Origin: Leptospiria bacterium
GTDB taxonomy: Bacteria; Spirochaetota; Leptospiria; Turneriellales; CBDBES01
DNA: 64,000 nt
Assembly (NCBI GenBank): GCA_965262015.1
Contig: OZ253494.1
Span: forward strand, 1,228,178-1,292,177
Direction of reading: 5' to 3'
The position numbers and the translations under genes are program-made. Positions 1 through 10,293 of the stretch are shown piece by piece. The notes beneath the pieces were generated by a model. That model was not told the origin of the DNA and searched no databases. It saw only the letters and a program-made list of their open reading frames with translations. Each line of letters starts with the position of its first letter. Position 1 is the first letter of the stretch.

Positions 1-280
1 AACGAGGGTTGTGATGAGTGGTTTTTTGTTCAATAGAAATCGCAGGAGAGAGCCCTTCAATGCTTTCTACTTCTGGCTTATCTAGTTTCCCCAAAAATTG
101 CCTGGCATAAGAAGATAAAGACTCCATATAACGTCTCTGTGCCTCTGCATAAATTGTACCAAAAGCCAGCGTACTTTTACCACTACCTGAAATACCTGTG
201 ATAACAACTAGTTTATCCCGTGGGATATCTAAATTAATATCTTTCAGGTTATGTTTAGAAGCTTTTACAATACGAATCAT
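1..280 (-). CDS. uvrA: Excinuclease ABC subunit A, 5' part (continues beyond the window start)
   Basis: Manual translation from ATG at 280: [64 protein letters not shown]. Not in the ORF track because it is truncated; overlaps the purB stop. Confidence 0.96.
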   Translation of the reverse strand, partial: MIRIVKASKHNLKDINLDIPRDKLVVITGISGSGKSTLAFGTIYAEAQRRYMESLSSYARQFLGKLDKPEVESIEGLSPAISIEQKTTHHNPR

Positions 281-1571
281 TAACGGATTGGAAGATATGG
301 TCAATATTAGTTAAAAAATCTTTAGCATCAAATACTTTATCCCATTGTTTTTCTGATATTTGGCTTAATGCGGGATGCTGTCGCAATTGGTCTGGGAAAT
401 AAGTGTTTTTGGGATCATCCCATACCTGCATGGCTAAACTTTGGACTATATCATAAGCTTTTTCTCGTGTAATTTGTAACTCTTCTGTGATGAGCAATAA
501 AGCCCTGGAAGAATAAATTAATCCTCGTGTTTTGTTTAGTACCTCTTTACTATTTCTTTCAGATACATAAAGATTTCTTATAACAAAATCAAGTTTAATA
601 TACATGTATTCGATGAGAGACAGGGCATCAGGAAATAGAATTCTTTCTGCAGAAGAATGGGATATGTCTCTTTCATGCCACAATAAAACGTTATCCATTC
701 CACTTGATGCATAACCTGTTAAGATCCGAGCTAAACCACATATTCTTTCACATAAAATAGGATTTTTTTTATGAGGCATAGCACTAGAACCTTTTTGATG
801 TGCCTGAAAAGGCTCTTGTACTTCTCCACTTTCTGTTTTTTGTAATAAACGAATTTCTTGTGCTAGTCTAGCAAGGCCTTGTCCTGCTAGGGCAATTGCA
901 TTCAATAAATTAGCATGTCTATCTCTAGGGATTACCTGTGTACTTATTGGCTCTGGCTGAAGGGATAGCTTTTCTAAAACAAATTTTTCTAAATCAGTAG
1001 GTACCTGTGAATAAGTGCCTACTGCACCTGATATTTTACCGTAAGCTATCTCATTAAAGGCATCAACTAATCTAGTATAATTGCGGAAGCCTTCTGCATA
1101 AAAACCTAAGAGTTTAATTCCTAAGGTTGTTGGTTCAGCGTGTATGCCATGTGTACGTCCCACTACAATAACATTCTTATGTTGCTCAGCCTGTTTGTGC
1201 AAATTATTTAAAAACGTCTTACAGGCACTTATAATAAGTTTAGAACTCTCTATGATAATACATGACGTGGCAGTATCTACTACATCCGAAGAGGTAAGCC
1301 CAAAATGTACATAGCGAGACGAAGTTCCAATATTCTCTGCCATATTTGTTAAAAAAGCTAGAACATCATGATGAATCTCACTTTCTATTTCTTGAATACG
1401 CTCTACATTAAAACTAGTTTTTTTTTGAATGGCATCCCAATCATTTTGTGGAATCTTACCTTGATTAAACCAGTATTCACAGGCACCTAATTCTATCTTT
1501 TCCCACACAGAAAATTTATACTGTAAAGACCATAAGTCTCTCATCTTTGTAGTAGAATATCGATTAAGCAT
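255..1571 (-). CDS. purB: Adenylosuccinate lyase
   Basis: [20 protein letters not shown] and [11 protein letters not shown] fumarase/ASL signature; ATG at 1571. Confidence 0.96.
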   Translation of the reverse strand: MLNRYSTTKMRDLWSLQYKFSVWEKIELGACEYWFNQGKIPQNDWDAIQKKTSFNVERIQEIESEIHHDVLAFLTNMAENIGTSSRYVHFGLTSSDVVDTATSCIIIESSKLIISACKTFLNNLHKQAEQHKNVIVVGRTHGIHAEPTTLGIKLLGFYAEGFRNYTRLVDAFNEIAYGKISGAVGTYSQVPTDLEKFVLEKLSLQPEPISTQVIPRDRHANLLNAIALAGQGLARLAQEIRLLQKTESGEVQEPFQAHQKGSSAMPHKKNPILCERICGLARILTGYASSGMDNVLLWHERDISHSSAERILFPDALSLIEYMYIKLDFVIRNLYVSERNSKEVLNKTRGLIYSSRALLLITEELQITREKAYDIVQSLAMQVWDDPKNTYFPDQLRQHPALSQISEKQWDKVFDAKDFLTNIDHIFQSVNDSYCKSF

Positions 1572-1654
1572 GATCAATAACCAGCGGTAACGGATGGGTG
1601 TTTATTCATCCACAATTAGTAATTACAATGAGATGAAGGAATAGTAGTAAGGAC

Positions 1655-1996
1655 TTACCCAATAGCTTGGTTACCCTTTTCACCGGTACGTATACGTATG
1701 CATTCTTCCAATGGTTGAATAAAAATTTTTCCATCACCAATATTTCCCGTCTTTGCAGCAGATACAATGGCTTTAATTGTCTTATCGACAGTCGAATTAC
1801 TGACAGCAATCTCTATTCTAATTTTTTTAATAAGATTAATCTCTTCTTTGGAACCACGGTAACTCTCTGTATAACCCTTCTGATCACCAGCACCTAGAGC
1901 ATTTGTAACGGTTAACTTGCCAACACCAGCCTCTAAGAGAGCTTGTTTGACATCTGTTAATTTATGTGGTTGTATTAAAGTAGTAATCAATTTCAT
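1655..1996 (-). CDS. glnK: P-II nitrogen regulatory protein (GlnK/GlnB family)
   Basis: [11 protein letters not shown]-loop, [16 protein letters not shown]; directly downstream of amtB. Confidence 0.92.
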   Translation of the reverse strand: MKLITTLIQPHKLTDVKQALLEAGVGKLTVTNALGAGDQKGYTESYRGSKEEINLIKKIRIEIAVSNSTVDKTIKAIVSAAKTGNIGDGKIFIQPLEECIRIRTGEKGNQAIG

Positions 1997-2006
1997 AAAA
2001 ACCTCA

Positions 2007-3323
2007 CTATTCAGTCATAAATGTCTGGAAACCAGCATACGCTTCCATACCATGTTCTGAAATATCCAATCCTTTCAGCTCTTCGTCTCTAGAGACACGC
2101 AAACCAAGGGTCTTCTTGACAAGATAGAAAAAAGTGAAAGCAGAAATAAAACTACACGCACCTATGCTAACAATACCTAATAATTGTACAAGAACAGTAT
2201 GTGATGGCTCTGAACCAAACAACGCAACAGCAAGTGTACCCCATACCCCACAAGTAAGATGTACCGAGATAGCCCCAACAGGGTCGTCTATTCGCAGTTT
2301 ATCTAATGCTAGTATGGAAACAACAACTAATGCCCCAGCAAAAAGACCAATAATCACAGCATTCAAAGGGGTTACTATATCAGCAGAAGCCGTAATACCA
2401 ACCAAACCAGCTAAAGCACCATTCAACGACATAGAAAGGTCAGGCATGCCAGTAATGATCTTCGCTATAATAGTGCTTGCGATAACTCCTGCCGTTGCTG
2501 CCAGTGTTGTATTCACCAACACCAAAGAAATTAGTTTGGGATCAGCAGATAAAACGGACCCACCATTAAAACCAAACCAACCAAACCACAGAAGGAAGGC
2601 TCCCATAGTAACTAAAGGCATACTATGGCCATAAATAGGACGGGAAGCACCACTTGGTAAATATTTACCAAGGCGAGGCCCCAATAGAAGGACACCAGCC
2701 AAAGCACCCCAACCACCCACAGAGTGTACAACGGTAGAACCAGCAAAATCATGGAAGTTAAGATTACTTAACCAACCTCCCCCCCATACCCAACTACCAC
2801 AGAAAGGATAAACAAGAGAAACGTAAGCAGTAATAACTAGTAAGAAAGAATTGATTTTAATACGTTCAGCAACTGCACCAGAAATAATGGTGGCAGCAGT
2901 AGCGGCAAACATGCATTGAAATAAGAAATCTGTTAAATAAGTATACTTACCCCCTGCATAAGTAGCCAAACCTGCATCACCAAAGCTTAAGAGATTAGAC
3001 AAACCAAAGCCTGAAAAACCAAGGATATTAGGGATGATAGAGTTATTAGCAAAATCAGGGTACATCATATTAAAACCTATCAAAGCATAACTAAGTACAC
3101 CAATAGAGAGGATCATGGTATTTTTAAATAAAATATTTACGGTGTTTTTTGCTCTTGTTAGGCCTACTTCTAATAAGGCAAAACCTAAATGCATAATAAA
3201 CACCAACATGGCACATAGCAACATCCACATATTCTCTACGATAAAGCTTGTTGGATCAATTTCCGCACCAAGAATATTGGAGGAGAAAGAAATAAGAAAA
3301 ACAATAAATAAACTAATTTTCAC
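2007..3323 (-). CDS. amtB: Ammonium transporter
   Basis: [45 protein letters not shown]; GTG start. Confidence 0.96.
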   Translation of the reverse strand: MKISLFIVFLISFSSNILGAEIDPTSFIVENMWMLLCAMLVFIMHLGFALLEVGLTRAKNTVNILFKNTMILSIGVLSYALIGFNMMYPDFANNSIIPNILGFSGFGLSNLLSFGDAGLATYAGGKYTYLTDFLFQCMFAATAATIISGAVAERIKINSFLLVITAYVSLVYPFCGSWVWGGGWLSNLNFHDFAGSTVVHSVGGWGALAGVLLLGPRLGKYLPSGASRPIYGHSMPLVTMGAFLLWFGWFGFNGGSVLSADPKLISLVLVNTTLAATAGVIASTIIAKIITGMPDLSMSLNGALAGLVGITASADIVTPLNAVIIGLFAGALVVVSILALDKLRIDDPVGAISVHLTCGVWGTLAVALFGSEPSHTVLVQLLGIVSIGACSFISAFTFFYLVKKTLGLRVSRDEELKGLDISEHGMEAYAGFQTFMTE

Positions 3324-3605
3324 ATCCCATAATGATATTCATATGTATGGCGTCAATAATTGTAATGCAATATATTGTGAAACCCACTGGAGATACCCCC
3401 CTACTTACACAAAGTAGTGGTTTCTAACAAATAATAATCAAATATACAATTTAACCGCTGTTTATTAAGATATATGGGTGTGTAAACATCACCCAATTGT
3501 AATTTTCAAGGATTATGATAATGAAAACGAAGGCTCGTACTTTACAGTATATTAGCTGATATTTTATAAGTAGTATAAAATATGCTATAAGTGATATAAA
3601 ATATA

Positions 3606-3860
3606 TTATAAGTGGTATAAAGATTGTATGAGTGATATACACCAAATGGTTTCAACCAACCAATATTCATCTTTCCAAGAATACATGACTATAATTTGTC
3701 TATTCTTAGTATAAATATCAGTATTATATTCAAAACATTCCTGAATGTTTGATATACTGTTATTCTCTACTACACTCTTGGCCAGATCGGCAAACTGCGT
3801 TATGTCATCAATTTTTTTATCTCTATTTTTCTTACAGATATCATTGTAATGATTAAACAT
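3606..3860 (-). CDS. Small hypothetical protein or gene remnant
   Basis: 84-aa ATG ORF in a very AT-rich spacer; no recognised motif. Confidence 0.3.
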   Translation of the reverse strand: MFNHYNDICKKNRDKKIDDITQFADLAKSVVENNSISNIQECFEYNTDIYTKNRQIIVMYSWKDEYWLVETIWCISLIQSLYHL

Positions 3861-4039
3861 CGCACTTAGAGAAGCATTAGAATCTGCTTATCTTGTCACT
3901 CAACACAATAAGCAGGTATTAGACGGGGAGTTTATTCTTGAATAATGTGCTTTTAGCGTTATTTTATTGTACCCATATACAGCAAAGTATACTAAATTCT
4001 TATTGCAGTTAGAGATATATATTTACATGTGGAAGTATA

Positions 4040-5248
4040 GTGAATACTGAGGAAGAATCAAATAACTTTGAAGGTCCAAAAGATGATGATGATCAGATTA
4101 GCTATTCTAACTTAAGTGACCATGATATCAATATTAGCCCATTTGATTATGCAATTGATACACTAATCAGCTTTATAGAGAAACAGACTATCTCCATACC
4201 TGAATTCCAAAGATATTATGTATGGAGTAAAGAAAATGCTTCCTTATTCATAGATTCTCTACTAGCAGGAATTCCAATACCTCAGATAGTATTGTATCAA
4301 TACCGTGATAAATACTTAATTATTGATGGACAACAAAGATTAATGACTATTTATTTTTTCTTAAAAAAGAGATTTCCTAAAAAAGACATGTCTGGACAAA
4401 TAAGATTATCTATAGATAGAGAACAGCATCTTTCTGAGAAGATATTATCAGATGAAATGTTATTTGATAATTTCAATCTCAAATTATCACAAGAAGATTT
4501 TCCGGATTTACATGGGAAAAATTATGGAACTTTAGATGAACAATATCTTAGTAAGTTTGAGACTAAGACTATACGTTGTGCAATAGTTAAATATTTAGGA
4601 GATAACACTCAACATGAACAAATAATGTCTGAGCTCTTTAAAAGGATTAATACAGGAGGCTTCAATTTAAAACCTCAAGAAGTTAGAAGTAGTATACACA
4701 GATGTGATTTTTATTCTATGTTAAATCAAATTAATCTAGACATAAATTGGCGAAACCTACTAAATAGACCAACAATAAATACACGTATGAGAGATATTGA
4801 AATATTGTTAAGAGGTTTTGCCATCTTACTTTACAAGGAAGAGTATAGTACGACACCTGTTAAATTCTTAGATCATATTTCAGCTACTAAAATTCGTAAT
4901 TTGAAAAAAAGTGAAGTAGATTTTTTGCATAAATTATTTTTAAAATTTTTGGATAAATTTAAACATATAATACAAGAAAGATTAATTACCATAGAAAATG
5001 GCACTTTCAATATCCCAATGTTTGAGTCCATTTTTTATGCTTTATGTCATGACAGCTATAGAGAAAAAAATTTTGATAGCATTGATACATTCAAGGATAT
5101 CGAAATATCATTGAAAAAACTCAAAGCAGATGAAGCCTTTAGAAACGCTGTTTTAAGCAACCAAAGACATACCAAATCTAATTTAAAAATAAGGTTAAAT
5201 AGAGCTTATGTAATAATTACAGGAAAAAATCCTGTAGAATTATCTTAA
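4040..5248 (+). CDS. DUF262 (GmrSD N-terminal, ParB-like) domain protein, putative anti-phage defence
   Basis: IPEFQRYYVW, IIDGQQRL and FKRINTGG..L.PQE motifs of DUF262. Confidence 0.88.
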   Translation: MNTEEESNNFEGPKDDDDQISYSNLSDHDINISPFDYAIDTLISFIEKQTISIPEFQRYYVWSKENASLFIDSLLAGIPIPQIVLYQYRDKYLIIDGQQRLMTIYFFLKKRFPKKDMSGQIRLSIDREQHLSEKILSDEMLFDNFNLKLSQEDFPDLHGKNYGTLDEQYLSKFETKTIRCAIVKYLGDNTQHEQIMSELFKRINTGGFNLKPQEVRSSIHRCDFYSMLNQINLDINWRNLLNRPTINTRMRDIEILLRGFAILLYKEEYSTTPVKFLDHISATKIRNLKKSEVDFLHKLFLKFLDKFKHIIQERLITIENGTFNIPMFESIFYALCHDSYREKNFDSIDTFKDIEISLKKLKADEAFRNAVLSNQRHTKSNLKIRLNRAYVIITGKNPVELS

Positions 5249-5257
5249 ATTTATGAT

Positions 5258-5767
5258 ATGCCTGTTGATTACGTTATTAAAGAATTTGAGTCTTTTTGTA
5301 ATATTATTGCTTTGTTAACTAAACAAAATATAGGACAGACGAAGATATTAAATGAAATTCATGATGTTAACAATAGTTTCAGGATAACATTTATCATACA
5401 TGCATATCATTTTCTCAACAAAAAATTGAATGATATAATAAATAGTATTGTTAAAAAACATACTAAGACAGATAATTTATCTATTAATGTATTAATAGAT
5501 AATATCATGAATGAGAAACATTTGACTCAAATTCAGTGGAGTGAAAAAAAACTTCAAAAATTTTTTAATAATATAACAATAGAAAAGCATTATACGGAAG
5601 GGCCCCAAGCGTTTATCAAATTGCGTAATGCACGTAATAAAGTAGCTCATAATAATACTATCTCTGACGAATTGTCACTGAATGATATTTATAAACAATT
5701 TACTCAAGCGAATGAGTGGTTGGATGATGTGTGTAAGGCTAGCACTGACCCCTTTAATGGAAGATAA
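5258..5767 (+). CDS. HEPN-domain protein (RiboL-PSP/MAE_28990-like), putative RNase effector
   Basis: Helical 169 aa with Rx4H motif RNKVAH near the C-terminus; starts 9 nt after the DUF262 gene. Confidence 0.72.
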   Translation: MPVDYVIKEFESFCNIIALLTKQNIGQTKILNEIHDVNNSFRITFIIHAYHFLNKKLNDIINSIVKKHTKTDNLSINVLIDNIMNEKHLTQIQWSEKKLQKFFNNITIEKHYTEGPQAFIKLRNARNKVAHNNTISDELSLNDIYKQFTQANEWLDDVCKASTDPFNGR

Positions 5768-6094
5768 GAAGAGCTAATATATCGTAACAAGCAGATAATT
5801 ACTCTATATAAATTATTAACCTTACATTCGATTATACAGCCCTAATTGAACATTGTAGAACAGAATCTTCACCGTATACGTGTAACTTGCACTCATATAG
5901 CTCTTAGAACTTAAACACTACGTGTAATAGTTACACAAATAGGGTGATTTATAGGCCTTTTAAATAGTAATTTCGTTTGATTTTGTCCAATTTAATGTGC
6001 TTTCCCTATTATTCTATTCTACCACCAAGAAACAGAATTAAACAGTGCATATGTTTATACAAATTATAATAAAAATGATATATCAAAAGAGACT

Positions 6095-7195
6095 TTGACT
6101 ATTAATCCTGAATTATTTATTTCAACAATTAAGGATTCGATACAACAAATCCAACTTACAAAAGAAAATTTACAAATGAGAGATTATAAGATTAGTACTA
6201 ACGAAATAAGAGAATGTGAATGGCAGACTTATTTCTTAGAGAAAACAAAAGAAAAATATAAAGACGATAAGTTAAATAAATCAATCATAACAAGTAAAAA
6301 TAAAAAAGTTAAGGCTCAAGTGATTGTAAATGCAGAGATAGAACAATTTGATAAATTCTCTGAAGAGTTACTACGGAAATGTCAAAATGTGAAATTACAA
6401 CTAATCAAGAAGGAAGTAGAATATATGTCAAATCATGTTTGCTATGATTTTCTTAACAAACATGATAATAAAGATGCTAAGTTTTATGGTAAATCATATA
6501 AGATACTAAGAAATAGCATTTCTGTATGGTTAGAGAACGATGTACCTGTTAGAGAAGATAGATATTCTATCTTAGTTAACCTACTTGATCAAAAAGATGG
6601 TAATACTGAATTTCAAAATTTTCTTACAGATACATTAGTTAGTTATAGAGAAAAATTTCATAAACCTATACAAGCCAAGAGATTAAAAGATACTAATATT
6701 TTAATACCACCTCAACAAATGTCATTCTCAAATGATTACGAAGAACAATCTCATATTAAGAAAAATGCATATCACAAATTCTACTTTATCAAAAAAGAAT
6801 TAATAGGCGATCAAACAGAGAAAGATTTCATAGACTTTATTGACGAACAAGATAATGTAATATGGTGGCATCAACAAGGAGATCAAGGTAGTGAGCATTG
6901 TAGCCTTGTGTATAAACAAGACAACCAAAACTATTTATTCTATCCTGACTTCATAGTACAGACTAAAAAATATACTTATATTTTAGAAGTGAAAGGTTCT
7001 GAATCATCTAGACACATGAACACAAAGCTAAAAGCTGAAGCATTACAAAAATACCTACAAAATTATATTAAAGGTATTCATACCATTAAGGGTAGCATTG
7101 TGAAAAAAGATAAATTAGGTAGTTGGATTATTAATGCAGAAAATATATATGACCTCAATAATGATTCAGATTGGTTAGACTTTAATATTCTCTAA
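6095..7195 (+). CDS. C-terminal (PD-(D/E)xK nuclease) part of a Type III restriction Res-like protein; helicase part missing, likely a remnant
   Basis: YPDFIVQ...ILEVKG motif, E..FI.F.D....V.WW..QG pattern; frame open upstream to at least 6002 (ELNSAYVYTN) with no ATG there. Confidence 0.72.
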   Translation: MTINPELFISTIKDSIQQIQLTKENLQMRDYKISTNEIRECEWQTYFLEKTKEKYKDDKLNKSIITSKNKKVKAQVIVNAEIEQFDKFSEELLRKCQNVKLQLIKKEVEYMSNHVCYDFLNKHDNKDAKFYGKSYKILRNSISVWLENDVPVREDRYSILVNLLDQKDGNTEFQNFLTDTLVSYREKFHKPIQAKRLKDTNILIPPQQMSFSNDYEEQSHIKKNAYHKFYFIKKELIGDQTEKDFIDFIDEQDNVIWWHQQGDQGSEHCSLVYKQDNQNYLFYPDFIVQTKKYTYILEVKGSESSRHMNTKLKAEALQKYLQNYIKGIHTIKGSIVKKDKLGSWIINAENIYDLNNDSDWLDFNIL

Positions 7196-7301
7196 TGACT
7201 TTGAATTAGCCAGGTAGGATATACCAACAAGAACTGACTTTCCAATCCATAACCATACTCACCCTTTCCACAGCTGTAACGATACCACGTGAAAATATTA
7301 T

Positions 7302-7330
7302 TTGACACCTTACTATATAATTCTTAGTTT
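7302..7330 (+). promoter_or_regulatory. sigma70-type promoter of lspA (short leader)
   Basis: TTGACA (7302-7307), 17-nt spacer, TAGTTT (7325-7330); ATG at 7342. Confidence 0.55.
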
Positions 7331-7341
7331 CCTCTTGCTTA

Positions 7342-7833
7342 ATGTCTCAATTTGTTTTAAATTTTACACGGAAGTATTATCTTCACTTACTGGTTTTTGT
7401 TACTATTCTCTTGCTTGATTTTTTTACGAAACTATGGGCAGTTGATGCCTTGAATCATAAAATCATTAATCTTATAGGTAATACATTAAGATTCCAGTTA
7501 GTTTATAATACAGGAGGTGCTTTTGGTATTTTTCAAGGTCATCCAAATATATTTCATGCCTTAACAGGTTTTGCTATCATCTTTTTTGTTATCTACCTGA
7601 TTAAGTCTCCATATCAATCATCCGTTTTTAAATGGTCAGTTTGCCTTATCCTGAGTGGTGCTATTGGTAATTTTATTGATCGCTTTTTTAGGATAGGTGT
7701 GGTTGATTTTATTGATATGGGCATTGGTGCTTTACGTTGGCCAACGTATAATGTTGCGGACGCTTCTATTTCGGTTGGTGCTTGCTTGTTGATAATTGCT
7801 TTCTATCTAGAGGATATTCATGGCACAGTTTAG
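7342..7833 (+). CDS. lspA: Lipoprotein signal peptidase II
   Basis: YNTGGAFG, GAIGNFIDR, VVDFID, YNVADA. Confidence 0.95.
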   Translation: MSQFVLNFTRKYYLHLLVFVTILLLDFFTKLWAVDALNHKIINLIGNTLRFQLVYNTGGAFGIFQGHPNIFHALTGFAIIFFVIYLIKSPYQSSVFKWSVCLILSGAIGNFIDRFFRIGVVDFIDMGIGALRWPTYNVADASISVGACLLIIAFYLEDIHGTV

Positions 7834-7942
7834 TTTATATACTTTGTCTTAATATAATTATTTTTTGTTAATATTTTTCTGTATATACCTCGCCTGTCTC
7901 TCTATTGTTCCAGATGATTCTGTCTATGGCTAATGAAGCAAT

Positions 7943-8905
7943 ATGAATGATACCGCTCCTGGTTTACGGGATTATTTGCAGATAGATGGGCAGAGGTTAG
8001 ATCGTTCTATTCATGGCAGATGGGCATCCCGATTTTCTAGAACACAAGTTCAGAATCTAATTAAAGAAGGGCGTGTTAAAATTAATGGTGATGTAATTAA
8101 TAAACCTTCTTCCATCTATACAGGACGTTCATTAGTCGAAATTAATCCATTTCCTAAGTCAACTTTTCATTTACCTACTGATATGAAGGCAGTGGAGATC
8201 CCCATATTGTATGATGATAGCCATCTAGCTATTTTACATAAACCTCATGGCATGACAGTTCACCCAGGCAATAACACGGGACAGGATACTCTAGTACATT
8301 TTTTATTGTCTAAGTTTAAAAATTTATCGAATATGCATTCTGGAAATGTCACAGAATCTAATCAAGATAATTTTAGACCAGGTATTGTACATCGACTAGA
8401 TAGAGATACAGAAGGCTTGATAGTTATTGCTAAAACAGATGCCACACATGTAAAACTTGCTAAACAATTTGCTGAGAGAACAATCGATAAAGAATATCAT
8501 GCCTGGTTATATGGTTGTTTATCTAAGAGTGAAGAGACTATAAACGGTTATATTCAACGTCACCCTATTTCACGTAAGAAGATGCTTTTTTCTTTTACAA
8601 AAAAACTTCAATCAGCGAAAGAGGCTGTCTTATCATATAAAATTTTAAAACAGTTAGCAAAATATACACTAGTACGTATTAAGCTATATACTGGTAGGAC
8701 CCATCAAATTCGATCTACGTTTTTAACGATGGGTACACCTATTGTAGGTGATAATATATATGGTTATAATAAAATGCTTGAAGCTGACCATAAGCTTCAG
8801 TTGCTTTTAATGGCAAATGCGATTAGATTTATACATCCCATATTAAAAAAAGAATTATCATTTAAGCTACCTCTACCAGAAAGATTTACATCTTTTCATA
8901 GGTAA
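7943..8905 (+). CDS. rluD: RluA/RluD-family 23S rRNA pseudouridine synthase with S4 domain
   Basis: SRTQVQNLIKEGRV S4 domain, GIVHRLDRDTEG, TGRTHQIR. Confidence 0.88.
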   Translation: MNDTAPGLRDYLQIDGQRLDRSIHGRWASRFSRTQVQNLIKEGRVKINGDVINKPSSIYTGRSLVEINPFPKSTFHLPTDMKAVEIPILYDDSHLAILHKPHGMTVHPGNNTGQDTLVHFLLSKFKNLSNMHSGNVTESNQDNFRPGIVHRLDRDTEGLIVIAKTDATHVKLAKQFAERTIDKEYHAWLYGCLSKSEETINGYIQRHPISRKKMLFSFTKKLQSAKEAVLSYKILKQLAKYTLVRIKLYTGRTHQIRSTFLTMGTPIVGDNIYGYNKMLEADHKLQLLLMANAIRFIHPILKKELSFKLPLPERFTSFHR

Positions 8906-8937
8906 AATCTATATGTTACTCATTCCAAAACTCTAAG

Positions 8938-10272
8938 ATGCCTGATATCGCAATTATTGGAAGACAAAATGTTGGCAAAAGTACTTTATTTAATTCGCTA
9001 ATTGGTAGTAGAAAAAGTATAGTATTCAATCAACCAGGAGTTACACGTGATATTGTGTCACATGAGATACCATGGAATGATAATGGCGTGTGGACTCTCT
9101 TTGATTTTCCAGGTTTCGAAAATATAGATGCAGTCAAAGATGATCTATTAGTGGAGCAGTCTATTGAAAGAGCTATAGCACAACTTCACAGATTTAGTTT
9201 ACTATTATGGGTTATCTCTCGTTTTGGTTTAACGCCTTACGAAGAACTTTTGCATCAATATCTAAGAAAAATAAATAAACTTTATTGGTTAGTAGTTAAC
9301 TTTGTAGATGATCCTTCGCTTGAAGATGCTTGCTATAATTTTTATTCGTTAGGAATGGATAAGATATTTTTTGTTTCAGCACTTAATCACAGAAATATCC
9401 AGAATATGAAACATGCGATTATAAAGTACTTCCCCGTAACTAATCCTAAGGAGACTAAAGCGTCACCACCGTCATTAGAAAAAACGCAGAAACCCTTAAT
9501 GCGTTTAGCAATTATTGGCAAACCCAATACAGGTAAAAGTACTTTATTTAATGCTTTATTGCAAAAGGACATGGCCATGATCTCAGATGTACCAGGCACC
9601 ACTCGTGACAGTCTAGATGCAAAGCTGTCTTTTCATGGACAGAAAATTACATTAGTTGATACAGCAGGATTACGTGGCAAAAAAACAAAATATGATGTAA
9701 TAGAAACTTTTTCTGTAATGCGTACCCAAGAAAACATTCAAAAGGCTGATGTAGTTATCTTACTAATTAATCCTTTGGAAGGTTTAGATAAACAAAATAA
9801 AACCCTCATCAATTTAGTATACACTTATCATAAACCTTTAATTCTGGGGATTAGTAAAAGTGATATTTTATTAGATAAACCAGCACAAAGAGAATGGCTT
9901 GAAGAAGAAATAAAAGATTTACAAAGAATTTTTTGGAAGTTCCCCGTACAATTTAATAGTGGTTTGTATAGTAGAAAAATATCTAGTCTCATCCATTTAT
10001 CTGTTAAATTATTTCATCAGTCTAATCAAGCTATCCCTACCCCCCTAATCAATAAGATGTTTGAAAAAGTTAAAAGTAATGTCACCTTTAGTTCATTAGG
10101 TATTAAAGTATATTATATTACACAGGCTAATCCCAGATGGAAGTTTATTATTTTTTCAAACCGAGCAAAGCTACCTAATTCGACTACTAGATTTATTGTT
10201 CGCCAATTAAGCTTATTATTAGGCCTGCAAAATTTACCTGTTTTTATACACAATAGAAAACATAATTCTTAA
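8938..10272 (+). CDS. der: Ribosome biogenesis GTPase Der (EngA), divergent
   Basis: Two P-loops (GRQNVGKS, GKPNTGKS), PGVTRD/PGTTRD, DTAG. Confidence 0.9.
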   Translation: MPDIAIIGRQNVGKSTLFNSLIGSRKSIVFNQPGVTRDIVSHEIPWNDNGVWTLFDFPGFENIDAVKDDLLVEQSIERAIAQLHRFSLLLWVISRFGLTPYEELLHQYLRKINKLYWLVVNFVDDPSLEDACYNFYSLGMDKIFFVSALNHRNIQNMKHAIIKYFPVTNPKETKASPPSLEKTQKPLMRLAIIGKPNTGKSTLFNALLQKDMAMISDVPGTTRDSLDAKLSFHGQKITLVDTAGLRGKKTKYDVIETFSVMRTQENIQKADVVILLINPLEGLDKQNKTLINLVYTYHKPLILGISKSDILLDKPAQREWLEEEIKDLQRIFWKFPVQFNSGLYSRKISSLIHLSVKLFHQSNQAIPTPLINKMFEKVKSNVTFSSLGIKVYYITQANPRWKFIIFSNRAKLPNSTTRFIVRQLSLLLGLQNLPVFIHNRKHNS

Positions 10273-10293
10273 TTTTCCCATAGGAAATGTATA

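Noticed and set aside
2134-3417. Plus-strand ORFs opposite amtB, and similar short antisense ORFs over coaB, valS, topA, dapA, murA and gspN
   Set aside because: Mostly or fully overlap well-supported genes and have no motifs.
3450-7340. Integron cassette array
   Set aside because: I could not find paired RYYYAAC/GTTRRRY attC boxes flanking the genes.
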